This document shows, one piece after another, positions 51,668 through 64,000 of a DNA stretch of 64,000 bases. The position numbers and the translations under genes are program-made. The first letter of the stretch is position 1; each line of letters begins with the position of its first letter. Source of the stretch: Eledone cirrhosa (taxonomy: Eukaryota); contig OZ024746.1 in NCBI GenBank assembly GCA_964016885.1, forward strand, positions 60,388,001-60,452,000. Reading direction: 5' to 3'. The notes under the pieces are model-generated. The model worked only from the letters and a program-made list of their open reading frames with translations. It ran no database searches and had not been told where the DNA came from.

Positions 51668-54600
51668 TTTTGTTTTTTTTTCTAAATTTTGTCTTTCCAT
51701 CTCCTGGTTTTAGCTGCCTCCTCCTCCTATCTCTTTCTTTTCTTTCTTTTTTCCTCTCCATCTTATTCCTTTCACTCTTTCTCACAACATTCTATATATT
51801 TTAGATAATAATTTAAGTGAAGAACTCAAGCTGGTCATTGTTGAAGTCCTTTCCATCTTGTTGAAGAATTCAGATTATGAGTAAATATCACCTTTTTATA
51901 CTCTGTGTGTGTGTAGAGGGGTCAGCTTTTGAACTGTTAGACAGGAGTTTATCTCACTTTACCTACATATATAACAGGTACTACAGTCATTGTACTGTGT
52001 TACCACAGTCTACCTAGCTATATAACAGGTATCACTACTTTCTGTTTGAGCCACCATGTTGTGTCCCCTTAGACAAGACACTCTGCTTGCTACAGTTTAC
52101 CTAATTGTTTAATAGATACTACAGTCACTGTGTTGTGATATTTACCACAGTCTACCTAACTGTATAACAGGTACCACCACTTCCTGCTACAGCTACTGGG
52201 CCCTTAGACAAGACACTCTACACTCTATTTACCTCTGTTTGACTACTACTAATGTGCTATAACCTTACTGGATCAAGGTTGACTCAGGGCTATATTACAA
52301 CAACAACAACAACACTAGCACCATACACAATGTTAACAGTACATTTATCATTTCGAGATTTCTTGAGGAGACTCTCTAATTTTAACCTATGAAAGGGACT
52401 TTTATAAACATACTCCATCATCATCATTTTACATCTACACTCTTTAAATTGATAGTGCTGGTGCCACAACAAAATGTACCTAGTGCACTTTGTAAAGTGG
52501 TAGTGCTGATGCCAGAGTAAAATGTGCTCAGTACCTTCTATAAAGAGGTTGACATTAAAAAGGGCATCCAACCATAGAACCAAGTCAAATATAGGATATA
52601 TGAACAAGATGTGGTCTTCCAACCAATCTAGTCTTGGATCATGACAACCTGTCCACTCCATGCTAGCATGGAAAACAGACATAAAAAGTTGATTAAAAAT
52701 GATGATGACTCCATCTCTTATCTGTATCCACTGTTATTGCAGCAATGTTCTCATTCATCTCACCATTACCAAGAACATGACTTATCCAATCTGTTATCTA
52801 TTACTTCTGTTATTGAAGCAATGTTCTCATCTCTACATTGCCAAAAACATCACATATTTCATCTGTTATCTGTTATTGCAGCAATGTTCTCACTCATCTC
52901 TACATTGCCAAAAACATCGCAATTCTTGGTCATACAGTTTCCTCGTTACTGTCCCTAATTGAACATGAGAAGATGCGTAAACTCCGGGTGTCAGCAATAG
53001 ATTGCCTTGTTACTTTGAGTCTCTATGATAGTGGTAAGTGATTATTTAATATCTTGTACTTTTTCATCTTCATCATCATCATCATCCGTTTTATGTCCAT
53101 TGTTCCATGCCAGCATGGTTTGGGTATATCTTTTCCAGCACTGCTTCTTTCTACTTGTTCCATTCTTTTGTCATCTCCTCTGAGTGGTGCACAGCATTTT
53201 GAGATCCCCTTGCACCACCTCTGACCAAGTCTTCCTTGGTCTTCCTTTACTGCAGCTTCCTTCCACTGGGAACTCCTCACACTTCTTCGCTCAGCAATCA
53301 TCATCCATATGCATCACATGTCCATACCTGCACAGTCTTCTCTGTTGCACACTACATGTGATTCCTCTTATATCCAGTTTCTCTCTCAGCTTGACCATAC
53401 TTTGCTGCTCATGCATATCAACATCACAAATCCATTAGAACATGCTCATTTGATTTCTCTCCAGCTTTTACATATCAACTCCATTTACTGCTTGTACACC
53501 ACCCTGAAGGGTAAGATACTTTGTTACTTTAATGCATACACAACAAACCTTTATACACCCAAAACCCAAAACAGTTGTAAAACATGCACCAACATACAGC
53601 ATACCAAACACATACCCCAAATCATATATGACATCAAAGTGAAAGCTATCCGACTACAATTACCCCTTGACACTAAAGATTAAGCATACATCTCCATATA
53701 ACAATACACTAATATACCAACTATAATGCCAAAACCATTTCTATAGACTAACACCATCATAATGAAGTCTTGATACCACTTAACTAGGCACCAATTTTTA
53801 CTCACCACTGCAACAGCTAACAAAATAACACACAACTAAATACATATACCTTACACCCCACAATACAAACGCAATAACCCATGCCCCTCCTTTTAACATA
53901 TTCTACCTAACATAGAGAATTACCCCATTATGCAATGCCAATGCATCTATAGCAATTAATTTTGATGGTAGTGTTTGTGAGTTGATTGTGTTGTAGTGTT
54001 TATTCGTTTTCTGCGTGCATGCTCACTTGTAGCTTGCTGTGCGGTGTGCTGACTGTTGTGTGATACAGTGTGACCAGATGTTGCATGTGTGGTGTGGTCA
54101 CTGTTGTGTGATACAGTGTGACCAGATGTTGCATGTGCGGTGTGGTGACTGTGGTGTGATACAGTGTAACCAGATGTTGCATGTGCGGTGTGGTGACTGT
54201 GGTGTGATACAGTGTGACCAGATGTTGCATGTGTGGTGTGGTCACTGTTGTGTGATACAGTGTAACCAGATGTTGCATGTGCGGTGTGGTGACTGTGGTG
54301 TGATACAGTGTGACCAGATGTTGCATGTGTGGTGTGGTCACTGTTGTGTGATACAGTGTGACCAGATGTTGCTGTGCAGTGTGGTGACTGTGGTGTGATA
54401 CAGTGTGACCAGATGTTGCATGTGTGGTGTGGTCACTGTTGTGTGATACAGTGTAACCAGATGTTGCATGTGCAGTGTGGTGACTGTGGTGTGATACAGT
54501 GTGACCAGATGTTGCATGTGTGGTGTGGTCACTGTTGTGTGATACAGTGTAACCAGATGTTGCTGTGCAGTGTGGTGACTGTGGTGTGATACAGTGTGAC

Positions 54601-57600
54601 CAGATGTTGCATGTGTGGTGTGGTCACTGTTGTGTGATACAGTGTAACCAGATGTTGCATGTGTGGTGTGGTCACTGTTGTGTGATACAGTGTGACCAGA
54701 TGTTGCATGTGTGGTGTGGTCACTGTTGTGTGATACAGTGTGACCAGATGTTGCATGTGTGGTGTGGTCACTGTTGTGTGATACAGTGTAACCAGATGTT
54801 GCATGTGTGGTGTGGTCACTCTTGTGTGATAGAGTGTAACCAAATGTTGCATGTGCGGTGTGGTGACTGTTGTGTGATACAGTGTGACCAGATGTTGCAT
54901 GTGCGGTGTGGTCACTGTTGTGTGATACAGTGTGACCAGATGTTGCATGTGCGGTGTGGTCACTGTTGTGTGATACAGTGTGACCAGATGTTGCATGTGC
55001 GGTGTGGTCACTGTTGTGTGATACAGTGTAACCAGATGTTGCATGTGCGGTGTGGTCACTGTTGTGTGATACAGTGTAACCAGATGTTGCATGTGTGGTG
55101 TGGTCACTGTTGTGTGATACAGTGTAACCAGATGTTGCATGTGCGGTGTGGTGACTGTGGTGTGATACAGTGTAACCAGATGTTGCATGTGTGGTGTGGT
55201 CACTGTTGTGTGATACAGTGTGACCAGATGTTGCATGTGCGGTGTGGTGACTGTGGTGTGATACAGTGTAACCAGATGTTGCATGTGTGGTGTGGTCACT
55301 GCTGTGTGATACAGTGTAACCAGATGTTGCATGTGCGGTGTGGTGACTGTGGTGTGATACAGTGTGACCAGATGTTGCATGTGCGGTGTGGTGACTGTTG
55401 TGTGATACAGTGTGACCAGATGTTGCATGTGCGGTGTGGTCACTGTTGTGTGATACAGTGTAACCAGATGTTGCATGTGTGGTGTGGTCACTGTTGTGTG
55501 ATACAGTGTGACCAGATGTTGCTGTGCAGTGTGGTCACTGTTGTGTGACCAGATGTTGCTGTGCAGTGTGGTGACTCTGGTGTGATACAGTATGACCAGA
55601 TGTTGCATGTGCGGTGTGGTCACTGTTGTGTGATACAGTGTAACCAGATGTTGCATGTGCAGTGTGGTGACTGTGGTGTGATACAGTGTAACCAGATGTT
55701 GCATGTGCGGTGTGGTCACTGTTGTGTGACCAGATGTTGCTGTGCAGTGTGGTGACTGTTGTGTGATACAGTGTAACCAGATGTTGCATGTGCAGTGTGG
55801 TGACTGTTGTGTGATACAGTGTAACCAGATGTTGTATGTGCGGTGTGGTGACTGTTGTGTGATACAGTGTAACCAGATGTTGCATGTGCGGTGTGGTCAC
55901 TGTTGTGTGATACAGTGTGACCAGATGTTGCATGTGTGGTGTGGTGACTGTTGTGTGATACAGTGTAACCAGATGTTGCATGTGCGGTGTGGTCACTGTT
56001 GTGTGATACAGTGTAACCAGATGTTGCATGTGCGGTGTGGTCACTGTTGTGTGATACAGTGTAACCAGATGTTGCATGTGCGGTGTGGTCACTGTTGTGT
56101 GATACAGTGTAACCAGATGTTGCATGTGTGGTGTGGTGACTGTGGTGTGATACAGTGTAACCAGATGTTGCATGTGCGGTGTGGTGACTGTGGTGTGATA
56201 CAGTGTAACCAGATGTTGCATGTGCGGTGTGGTCACTGTTGTGTGATACAGTGTGACCAGATGTTGCATGTGTGGTGTGGTCACTGTTGTGTGATACAGT
56301 GTGACCAGATGTTGCATGTGCGGTGTGGTCACTGTTGTGTGATACAGTGTAACCAGATGTTGCATGTGCGGTGTGGTCACTGTTGTGTGATACAGTGTAA
56401 CCAGATGTTGCATGTGCAGTGTGGTGACTGTTGTGTGATACAGTGTGACCAGATGTTGCATGTGTGGTGTGGTCACTGTTGTGTGATACAGTGTAACCAG
56501 ATGTTGCATGTGCGGTGTGGTGACTGTTGTGTGATACAGTGTAACCAGATGTTGCATGTGCGGTGTGGTGACTGTTGTGTGATACAGTGTAACCAGATGT
56601 TGCATGTGCGGTGTGGTGACTGTTGTGTGATACAGTGTAACCAGATGTTGCATGTGCAGTGTGGTGACTGTTGTGTGATACAATGTGACCAGATGTTGCA
56701 TGTGCGGTGTGGTGACTGTTGTGTGATACAGTGTAACCAGATGTTGCATGTGCAGTGTGGTCACTGTTGTGTGATACAGTGTAACCAGATGTTGCATGTG
56801 CGGTGTGGTGACTGTTGTGTGATACAGTGTGACCAGATGTTGCATGTGCGGTGTGGTGACTGTGGTGTGATACAGTGTGACCAGATGTTGCATGTGCGGT
56901 GTGGTCACTGTTGTGTGATACAGTGTAACCAGATGTTGCATGTGCGGTGTGGTGACTGTGGTGTGATACAGTGTGACCAGATGTTGCTGTGCAGTGTGGT
57001 CACTGTTGTGTGACCAGATGTTGCATGTGTGCAGGTAAGTGAGTAAGTGTTCATTAAGATGATGATATGATAGTTCCTTGATCATACAGAAAATGAATAT
57101 ATATAAATGAACCACGATAACACCAAACCGCTATATTATTAATTTATTGATTATAACTCACACTGAAGCTTTATGAAAAATACACAAGAATTATGGACGT
57201 TATTTGTTTGTTTGTAAAAGTAGAATTAAAGTCATATTTACTAAGAAAACTTCATGAACTTCAGTGGCTGGGTTGTGAGAGAGACCAAGACATAGAGATT
57301 GAGTGAAAGTGAGAAAGTAAGACCCCAAAAGGGTCTGTAGAAAGCAATAGTCTAAGTGTCTAAAATGTCTGTGTCATGACCCTTTAGTATGTCACCAATA
57401 ATCTATAGGTATGTCATGACCCTTTAGTATGTCACCAATAATCTATAGGTAAATCATGACACTTTAGTATGTCACCAATAATCTATAGGTATGTCATGAC
57501 ACTTTAGTATGTCACCAATAATCTATAAGTATGTCATGACACTTTAGTATGTCACCAATAATCTCTAGGTATGTCATGACACTTTAGTATGTCATCAATA

Positions 57601-60600
57601 ATCTCTAGGTATGTGATGCCACTTTAGTATGTCACTAATAATCTATAGGTATGTCGTGACATGAAGTTAAACCCGATTAGTTGTTACCAATATTTAGCTG
57701 TGAAATATATTTTTCAGATCTGATAACTCTGTATACAATTAGACATGTGACTTTTATTCCGAGATAGTGTATCTAAGTCCAAATTTAGCAAATGTGTCAT
57801 TTGAAGAAGATTTGTTGTTTATTTCTAGCAAGTCAAAGGACCATGAAGGGGTTCTCTTATAAATGTTAGTATTGGTGACTACAGGTGTTGTTTAATTCAT
57901 TGTTAGCTATGATCAACAGCACTCCCACCATAACCATCCAGTCAAACAACATATCTAAGATTATATTATCTATTGTCTCCTTCTTTGCTTTTTAAGCGTG
58001 TGAATTGAGGGGAAATTTGACTTCTATTTCCAGTAGATTTTATCACCATGCACAGTTATCCTTTTTGTTTATTTCAAATATTTTTCTGTCTTTGTAGGTC
58101 ATTTGAAAAGCCGTGTGAAGTGTGGTAATATATTCTCCTCCTTTTTACCTCGGATCTCAATAGTTTTAAGTTCAGTCATCACTGGTGACCACATACAGGG
58201 TCATTTAGTTATCAAGGTAATCTCTTGTTTCATTTCTGGGATCACTAGAGCCCAGCTCTACCCAAAGGAATTGCCAGATCAATTTCATAAAAAAAATAGT
58301 GCGAACTTTTCAGAAAGTAGCCTTAAATGAACATTTTGCTAATTGATTGTGTGTGTGTGTGGGTGTGTTATGTTGCCCCAGCATGACCACAGGCCAGTGG
58401 TTTAACCCAATAAAAGGCTCTTCTGTACCTATGTCCTTCCCAATATGTCCCCTATACACAGCTATTGACCCATTTATCGTTCTATGTCCTTTATACACAA
58501 CTATTGACCCATCTGTCACACTATGTCCCCTATATACAGCTATTGACCCATCTGTCACTATGTCCCCTATACACAGCTATTGACCCATCTGTCACACTAT
58601 GTCCCCTATACACAGCTATTGACCCATCTGTCACTATGTCCTCTATACACAGTTATTGACCCATCTGTCACTCTATGTCCTCTCTATACAGCTAATGACT
58701 CCTCTATCATTTCTATTATGTAATCTCTAGGCAACTGTTGATACCTCTGTAGAATAGACTCACCCTACCTTCGGATGCACTAAGAAAGTGGATGTGCCTT
58801 GTTCATCCTCTGTCTGTGAATGATATTTTCATTGGATCATCATCATCACCATCACCGTTTTACGTCCATTCTTCCACGCTAGCATGGGTTAGACGGGTTG
58901 TCCTGTTGTGGGCAGTGTCCATTCGGCTGACCTTGTCTTGCTCATACGGGAACTGATTCTGGCTTTATTTCTACAGCTGGATGCCCTTCCTAACACTAAC
59001 CTCATTTACAGTGAGTGCTGGGTGCTTTTTTACCATGGTACCTACACGCCTACACGGATAAACATGCATATCAAAATTTTATATCCAACCCCTATAGTGA
59101 ATGTTCTAAAACTTTTTGGACATATAACCTGATGGAAATTTCACTTCTTCGAAAAATCTCCTAAATTTTTCCCAAATATATGTCAGTCAGATTCATATGC
59201 TACTCCGAGTATTCAAGACAACAATTTCTTTAAAATATGATGATGTGTTGCATGTTTTTTTGGAAACAAGAGAATTATGTTTCCCCGAGGTGTTTATCAT
59301 TTAGCCTAGCATTCATTAATAGTCACACAAAACAACTAAACATACTGCATTACATTATATTTATTGTAATTAATATTAGAGTTATTGTATATATTACTTT
59401 TTTTGCATAATTAGTTGACCTTATGAGGTGTAAAAAAGATTATAATTTGTATACAATTTTCTTTCTTATTTAATAGACTGTTTCTTTAGTCTTCTGAATT
59501 CTTCACATTTAAGCATTTCTCTTGCACACATCCTCTACACATCTCTCATTCCCATCTGTGTCCTCTCTAGGCAGCTATTGATGCTTTAAAGAAGATTGTA
59601 TTGTTAACTATGTCTGACAAGTTAATTGAAGAGAGTCAGAAAGTCACAGATCATCAAAATAACAGTGAGTAACCTACTTTAGCTTTTCACTTTTTAGTGC
59701 TATGGGGTATGTTCTACAAACACCCATTGAGAAGAATCCTTGGATGTTCTTGGTGACCAGTTATTCCAGTCTCTTGCTAGTGTTGTTGAGAAACATAGCA
59801 TTGAGTATCAGAGAATGTTTTGATGAGCTTCTGAGGTTTTCCTGATCTAAAGCTGCAGCCATGCTGCACTTCATTTCTATTGTTATATTTTAATCAAAGA
59901 ATGGTCGACCTGTTAGGCATGGATTTCTGTTTCATTGTATGGAACTCCACTAAGAAAGATGACCGAATGATCAAGGAATCATGATAGGAATCATGGACAT
60001 GAACTTGTGATTTTGCAAACTCAATTAGCTTCATTTTGTGCTTAGCTATTGCTACTTTGGTGATCACATCTGGATCTACAGATAACCAGTAAATGTTCAG
60101 TGATCACATCTGGATCTACAGATAACCAGTAAATGTTCAGTGATCACATTTGGATCTATTGTTAGTCAGGGAAGGAAGTGGGGGTGGTGGTCGTATTTTT
60201 ACAAACAGAAATTTCAAAAGCTTTTAAAACTTTCAGGTGTTGAGAATGAAAGACTTCATAATCTGATTGTGAACAGAGACCAAAGATGGGTGAAAAAGAC
60301 GGCTGAGAAACTGTTTGTGATTGTGAAACAAGTTGGGAGTGTTCGACAGCACTATCATTCAGGAGTGCGGCTCAGTTTAGTAGACTGGACTCATTCCATA
60401 CTCAACAACTGCACTAAGTGAGTTCATCATCTTAACATCGTTTATTTTTTACTGTTTTTTTTTACATCCTACTTCTCATATTTTATTTACACATGTGTAT
60501 ATAAGCATATGTATACATACACATGTATATGCATATATATATATTGACATATATACTTTGTATATATATACATGGGTACACAAACACATTTATGCACAAG

Positions 60601-60693
60601 CTTGAGGAATGTGAAGCAGCTGGATGGATGCTCAGGTATAAAACCTGATGGTAGCCTGTTGTGAAATATTATGTAAATATATGTATGCGTATG

Positions 60694-60725
<32 letters not shown>

Positions 60726-60850
60726 GGGGTGTGTGTATATGTGTGTGTGTGTATATATATGTGTGTGTGTATATATGTGTGTGTGTATATATATATATAT
60801 ACATGTGTGCGTGTGTGTATATATATACACGTGTGTGTGTGTATATAAAC

Positions 60851-60896
<46 letters not shown>

Positions 60897-62065
60897 ATAT
60901 ACACATGTATATGTGTGTGTGTATATATATACATATATATATACACACACAGTGTGTTCACTTTTTACGCGAAGATCCATTCGTGAACATGGCACGTAAA
61001 GCAAATTTGCGTAAATCAAGTCTATATTTCTGATAAAAATGAAAATTAAAAACCACATGTGTTATAGTGCATTATTCGCACAAAGTGAATATCTAATAAT
61101 AGTTTTTTCAAGCGGCGTTAAAGCAAATTCACGTACTTTAAGTTCGGGTAAAAAGCGAACAGCCTGTATATATTATAATTATTTTAACAGGGAGTTAACC
61201 AACCAGGGTTGTGCAATCCACACTCTGGTTAGTCAGCGGTGATACAAATATATCAATGCGTTGAACGACATGTAGAAATAGTACAAGTTGGAGCATTATA
61301 GAACATTAAATACGGTGAAGACCATAAGTGTGGAAGTTTATTTCTATATCCATATATTTTGTTGTGGGTTGACGACTAGGTAGTGTTATTCCTACCCAAT
61401 CTTTTGGCTTCTCTTGAGTAGGAATAGCACTATCTAGTTGTAGACCCACCGTATTATCATGGATATAGAAATAAGCTTATACACATATGGCCTTTGGTGT
61501 ATTTAATGTTTTCTCTCTCTCTCTCTATGTATATATATATATATATTGTAATAATAATAAATTTGAAGACTAAAATCCAAAGAGGGCTCGACAAGGATAA
61601 ATATATATCAAATATATAAGAAGGATATATATCAAATATATAAGAACCGTAGAGCAAATATTTATTAAAATAATATTTATTAAAACAGAAGATCCCGTTA
61701 AGGGTGAAAGCAGCGATTCTTTGCTTAAACTTTAATCTGTTATTTTAATATATATATATATATATATAAAATGAATAAATAAATAAATAACGAATGTTTA
61801 ATATATGTATATATATGACTAACTACAAACATGTTTACCTCCTGTCTAATTGTTTTCCTGTCTTTCGTCTATTTTTTTACTTTTTCTTTCTCTCTCAAAC
61901 ATCTTCACTCATTCTATTCTATCTTCCAATGAAGGACTAACATCTAAAACGTTAAGACTTTTTTTTCTACAATATCATTTTATTGTTGTATTGTTCTCTT
62001 GTGTTTTTCCTTGTTAACTTTTTTATGTATGTATATATATATATATGTGTGTGTGTATATATATA

Positions 62066-62100
<35 letters not shown>

Positions 62101-63080
62101 GAGACACATAAATATTTGTTTTCCAGGAGTATGTCCAGTAGTGTCCCTATTCTATTGGAAGTATTGGTGATACTCTCTTGTGATAAATACGCTAACGTGG
62201 CATCCAGGGGAGATAAATCACTGAAAGTGTTTCAACAAAGACAGGAGAAGGAACAATCTCGCACCCTGGTGGAGATTCTGGAAGAGAATTTACTGGCTCT
62301 TGTTACAACTCTTCCAAGGCAAATAAGAACATCAGGTGAGATTCTACATCATCATCATCATCATTTTACATCCATTTTTACATGCTGGTATTCGTTCAGC
62401 AGGTTGTTAATGATCTAGTTAGTACTTAATTGGAGCTTCTGTCCTCGACTGGCCAGGAGCCATGTCTTCCTTCACTTACATACATTCCAGTTATAGCTTG
62501 GTTTCTAAAGCTGGATGTTCTTTCTAATGCCAACCACTTTATAAAATGCACTGAGTACCACATTTTAATGTGGTACCAGCACTAGCAATACTGTCACATC
62601 CTTGACATAACTGAAGAGCCATCTCAGCCTTGTATGTCCCCTGTTCTGTGAAGTCCTCTTGCAAACTACCTTTATTGACATCATTATCTTGGCTGGTAAC
62701 TTTAATGAACATGTGAGGCAGCAACAGGATGAATTCCTTGATGTGCATGGAAGCTATAGCTTTAGTGTTAGGAATGAGATGCAAATGAGCTGCAATTTGC
62801 AACACAGACTTTGAGAAACCAGCCAAACACATGATCAACAACCAGTCAAGTGAACACAAAAACTAGAAAGATTTTATTCTCACCAGAACTCAGAATAGAT
62901 TGGTGGTGTAAATGTAAAGATTCTCCTTGGAGAAGAATGTATCACTCCTGTATAACATTGTACCTCCCCTCCACTATTATTCCTCAACATCAGTGTTTTA
63001 TGGAGCTATTTTAACTGTTTCAGCTGATGCCCAAAAATTGGATTTGATCAAAATTCTCTGTGGGTATCTCAAAATTTTAG
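44103..63080 (+). CDS. TTI1: TELO2-interacting protein 1 (TTT complex), 5' part, 10 exons; continues beyond window (window ends on a likely acceptor ...ttccag)
   Basis: Spliced translation AFRNLQPLCVNL, EYVLFPLR, SEELKLVIV, LGHTVSSLL, FSSFLPRIS...ITGDHIQGH, WVKKTAEKL, ILEENL...LPR, GYLKILG matches the TTI1 N-terminal HEAT region. Confidence 0.92.
44306..44581. mobile_element. hAT-type MITE with 8-bp TSD inserted in the terminus of another hAT-like element
   Basis: TIR caggggcctcgttt / aaacgaggccctta; flanks ggcatggg / tgcatggg; uninterrupted caggcatgggcaacctttttcgag at 41697. Confidence 0.75.
45377..45449 (-). ncRNA. Hammerhead ribozyme motif (type I), copy 1
   Basis: Minus strand: CUC-CUGAAGA-GACCG...CGGAC-GAAA-CCAUG-GUC-AAG. 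Confidence 0.7.
46012..46084 (-). ncRNA. Hammerhead ribozyme motif, copy 2 (core mutated)
   Basis: Minus strand: CUC-CCGAAGA-GUCCG...CAGAC-GAAA-CCAUG-GUU-GAG. Confidence 0.55.
46215..46480 (+). mobile_element. Merlin/IS1595(ISXO2)-family DDE transposase fragment
   Basis: LVDVPNRSCDTLVPIIQ / PGSRIISDGWASF...NFVDP...HTQLIENTWSRTK. Confidence 0.8.
47214..47548 (+). mobile_element. tRNA-head CORE-like SINE with RTE-derived 3' tail (partial copies 14520, 17530-17815(-), 36090)
   Basis: A-box tggcttagtggtt, B-box gagttcaattc, CORE-like ccttgagcaagacacttt; tail shared with the RTE 3' UTR, ending in (GAT)n. Confidence 0.8.
49045..49390. repeat. ~48-bp tandem repeat amplified from the RTE/SINE 3' UTR sub-repeat
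   Basis: gataccagcactaccactttatagagtgggctgtatacattttattgt x ~7. Confidence 0.88.
49879..50073 (+). CDS. TTI1: TTI1 exon (DEKLQRSLAFRNLQPLC...EYVLFPLRLIFK)
   Basis: cacag/gtaatg. Confidence 0.92.
50901..51040 (+). CDS. TTI1: TTI1 exon (KDTFLTLLAQC...)
   Basis: tttag/gtgagt; phases fit. Confidence 0.9.
51805..51880 (+). CDS. TTI1: TTI1 exon (NNNLSEELKLVIVEVLS)
   Basis: tttag/gtaaat; SEELKL. Confidence 0.92.
52882..53033 (+). CDS. TTI1: TTI1 exon (NVLTHLY...LGHTVSSLL...AIDCL)
   Basis: tgcag/gtaagt. Confidence 0.9.
54033..57033. repeat. 42-bp satellite array (~3 kb, ~70 copies) in a TTI1 intron
   Basis: tgtgatacagtgt(g/a)accagatgttgcatgtg(c/t)ggtgtggt(c/g)actg(t/g)tg. Confidence 0.98.
57373..57662. 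repeat. 40-bp minisatellite x ~7
   Basis: gtcatgacactttagtatgtcaccaataatctataggtat. Confidence 0.93.
58098..58216 (+). CDS. TTI1: TTI1 exon (GNIFSSFLPRIS...ITGDHIQGH)
   Basis: tgtag/gtaatc. Confidence 0.93.
58445..58700. repeat. 37-39-bp minisatellite x ~7 resembling the downstream TTI1 acceptor
   Basis: atgtcccctatacacagctattgacccatctgtcacact. Confidence 0.9.
59571..59664 (+). CDS. TTI1: TTI1 exon (AAIDALKKIVLLTMSD)
   Basis: tctag/gtgagt. Confidence 0.9.
60057..60158. repeat. 40-bp tandem repeat x 2.5
   Basis: gtgatcacatctggatctacagataaccagtaaatgttca. Confidence 0.85.
60237..60417 (+). CDS. TTI1: TTI1 exon (LIVNRDQRWVKKTAEKL...)
   Basis: ttcag/gtgagt. Confidence 0.92.
60949..61168. mobile_element. 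Tc1/mariner(Tigger)-like MITE; related copy ~10545-10828
   Basis: cagtgtgttcactttttacgcga ... tcgggtaaaaagcgaacagcctgta. Confidence 0.5.
62127..62335 (+). CDS. TTI1: TTI1 exon (VPILLEVLV...ILEENLLALVTTLPR)
   Basis: tccag/gtgaga. Confidence 0.93.
63024..63080 (+). CDS. TTI1: TTI1 exon (ADAQKLDLIKILCGYLKIL)
   Basis: ttcag/gtaagt. Confidence 0.9.
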
Positions 63081-64000
63081 GTAAGTTAACCTTTTGAGTT
63101 ATATTTCCTTTCTTCATTGGTTGTTGTTAGTGTTGGTTAGCCCCAGATCTGCCCTCATCTAGCAGGCCTATCTTCAAAACCATTTTAGCCATGACCATCC
63201 CATTTTTTCTTTTCTTTTATTAGGTATAGTGTATCAAAGGATGGTGTTATTAAATATGCCCTTACATTTCTAAGACAGTAAGGTGGCCTCTATTTCTAGC
63301 AGGTGACAACACCAATACCAGGATGTAGCATTTGTCTTGTTTGTTCTACAATATGGTGCATTGATTATATTCTGGTGAATTGGTAAAGTCATCAGATCAT
63401 CAGATTAAAATGCTTCACAATACTTGTTCCTGCAGAGGTCAACATTGCCTTTCATCTTTTCCAAGTTGATAAGGTTCTAATCCAAGCAGGTGGATTGGTG
63501 GAATTATTAAAGTAACAGGTGTGAGACCTTGTGGTATCTCTTTTAGATCTTTGCATTAACACTGGTGCCAAACTGTATTGGCTTGTCTTTCCCGTGGACA
63601 ACACTAGGGACATGGAGAGGGAAAACTGGCATGCATGGACAACAGCTGGCATTCCATAAAAAACTTGTTCAGGCTTGCACCTTGGAGATTAACTTTCTAG
63701 GTGCAAAACGAAAAGGATGTTGTGGGGGGGAAAAACCCTGAATACTCCTGTATAACTAAAGGTGGATTAGGCGAAACTGTATAAGAACTGAAGTGAACTG
63801 TCATGGGAACTGTGTGTACAGAGTCTCGTTGGTAGTTCAGAATTACGCCTGGTGAATACCTTGGGTTTTATCCTCGTTTCGTACAGATATACAAAAAATA
63901 TACAGATTATAATAAAGGGGCCTTACAAAAAGATGTGTTTGTTATATTCCAAGTAACAACAACATCAATATGTTGTTACATCTGTCCTGTTATATTCCAG

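Noticed and set aside
54000-57115. Long ORFs (327-526 aa) as standalone genes
   Set aside because: Explained by a 42-bp unit divisible by 3; several frameshifting units; no unique coding flanks
60487-61058. YI/CV/HT-rich ORFs
   Set aside because: (TA)n/(TG)n microsatellite translations

Overview
AT-rich, repeat-dense animal genomic DNA. The repeat landscape (RTE LINEs with (GAT)n tails, tRNA-derived SINEs, TTAA MITEs, (TA)n/(CA)n) suggests a cephalopod such as octopus; this is inference. Two spliced + strand genes were reconstructed by hand with phase-consistent GT-AG junctions. The first is FANCJ/BRIP1 Fe-S helicase (26 exons, 2480-38865; 5' part outside the window; stop at 38863-38865, AATAAA at 39035). 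The second is the 5' part of TTI1 (10 exons, 44103-63080, continuing past the window). Introns and the intergenic region hold RTE and CR1 LINE fragments, SINEs, piggyBac-type MITEs, hAT, Merlin and Helitron-like remnants, and several minisatellites. Four observations stand out: (a) tandem repeats built from the genes' own splice sites, including 12 stacked 3' splice sites in front of an Fe-S cluster exon; (b) a 467-bp direct duplication carrying two hammerhead ribozyme motifs with a palindromic stem III; (c) a C-terminal CxxC...CxC (Yippee/Mis18-like) domain on FANCJ; (d) a ~415-bp intronic palindrome and two LINE copies inverted at the same breakpoint. Most listed ORFs are repeat artefacts.
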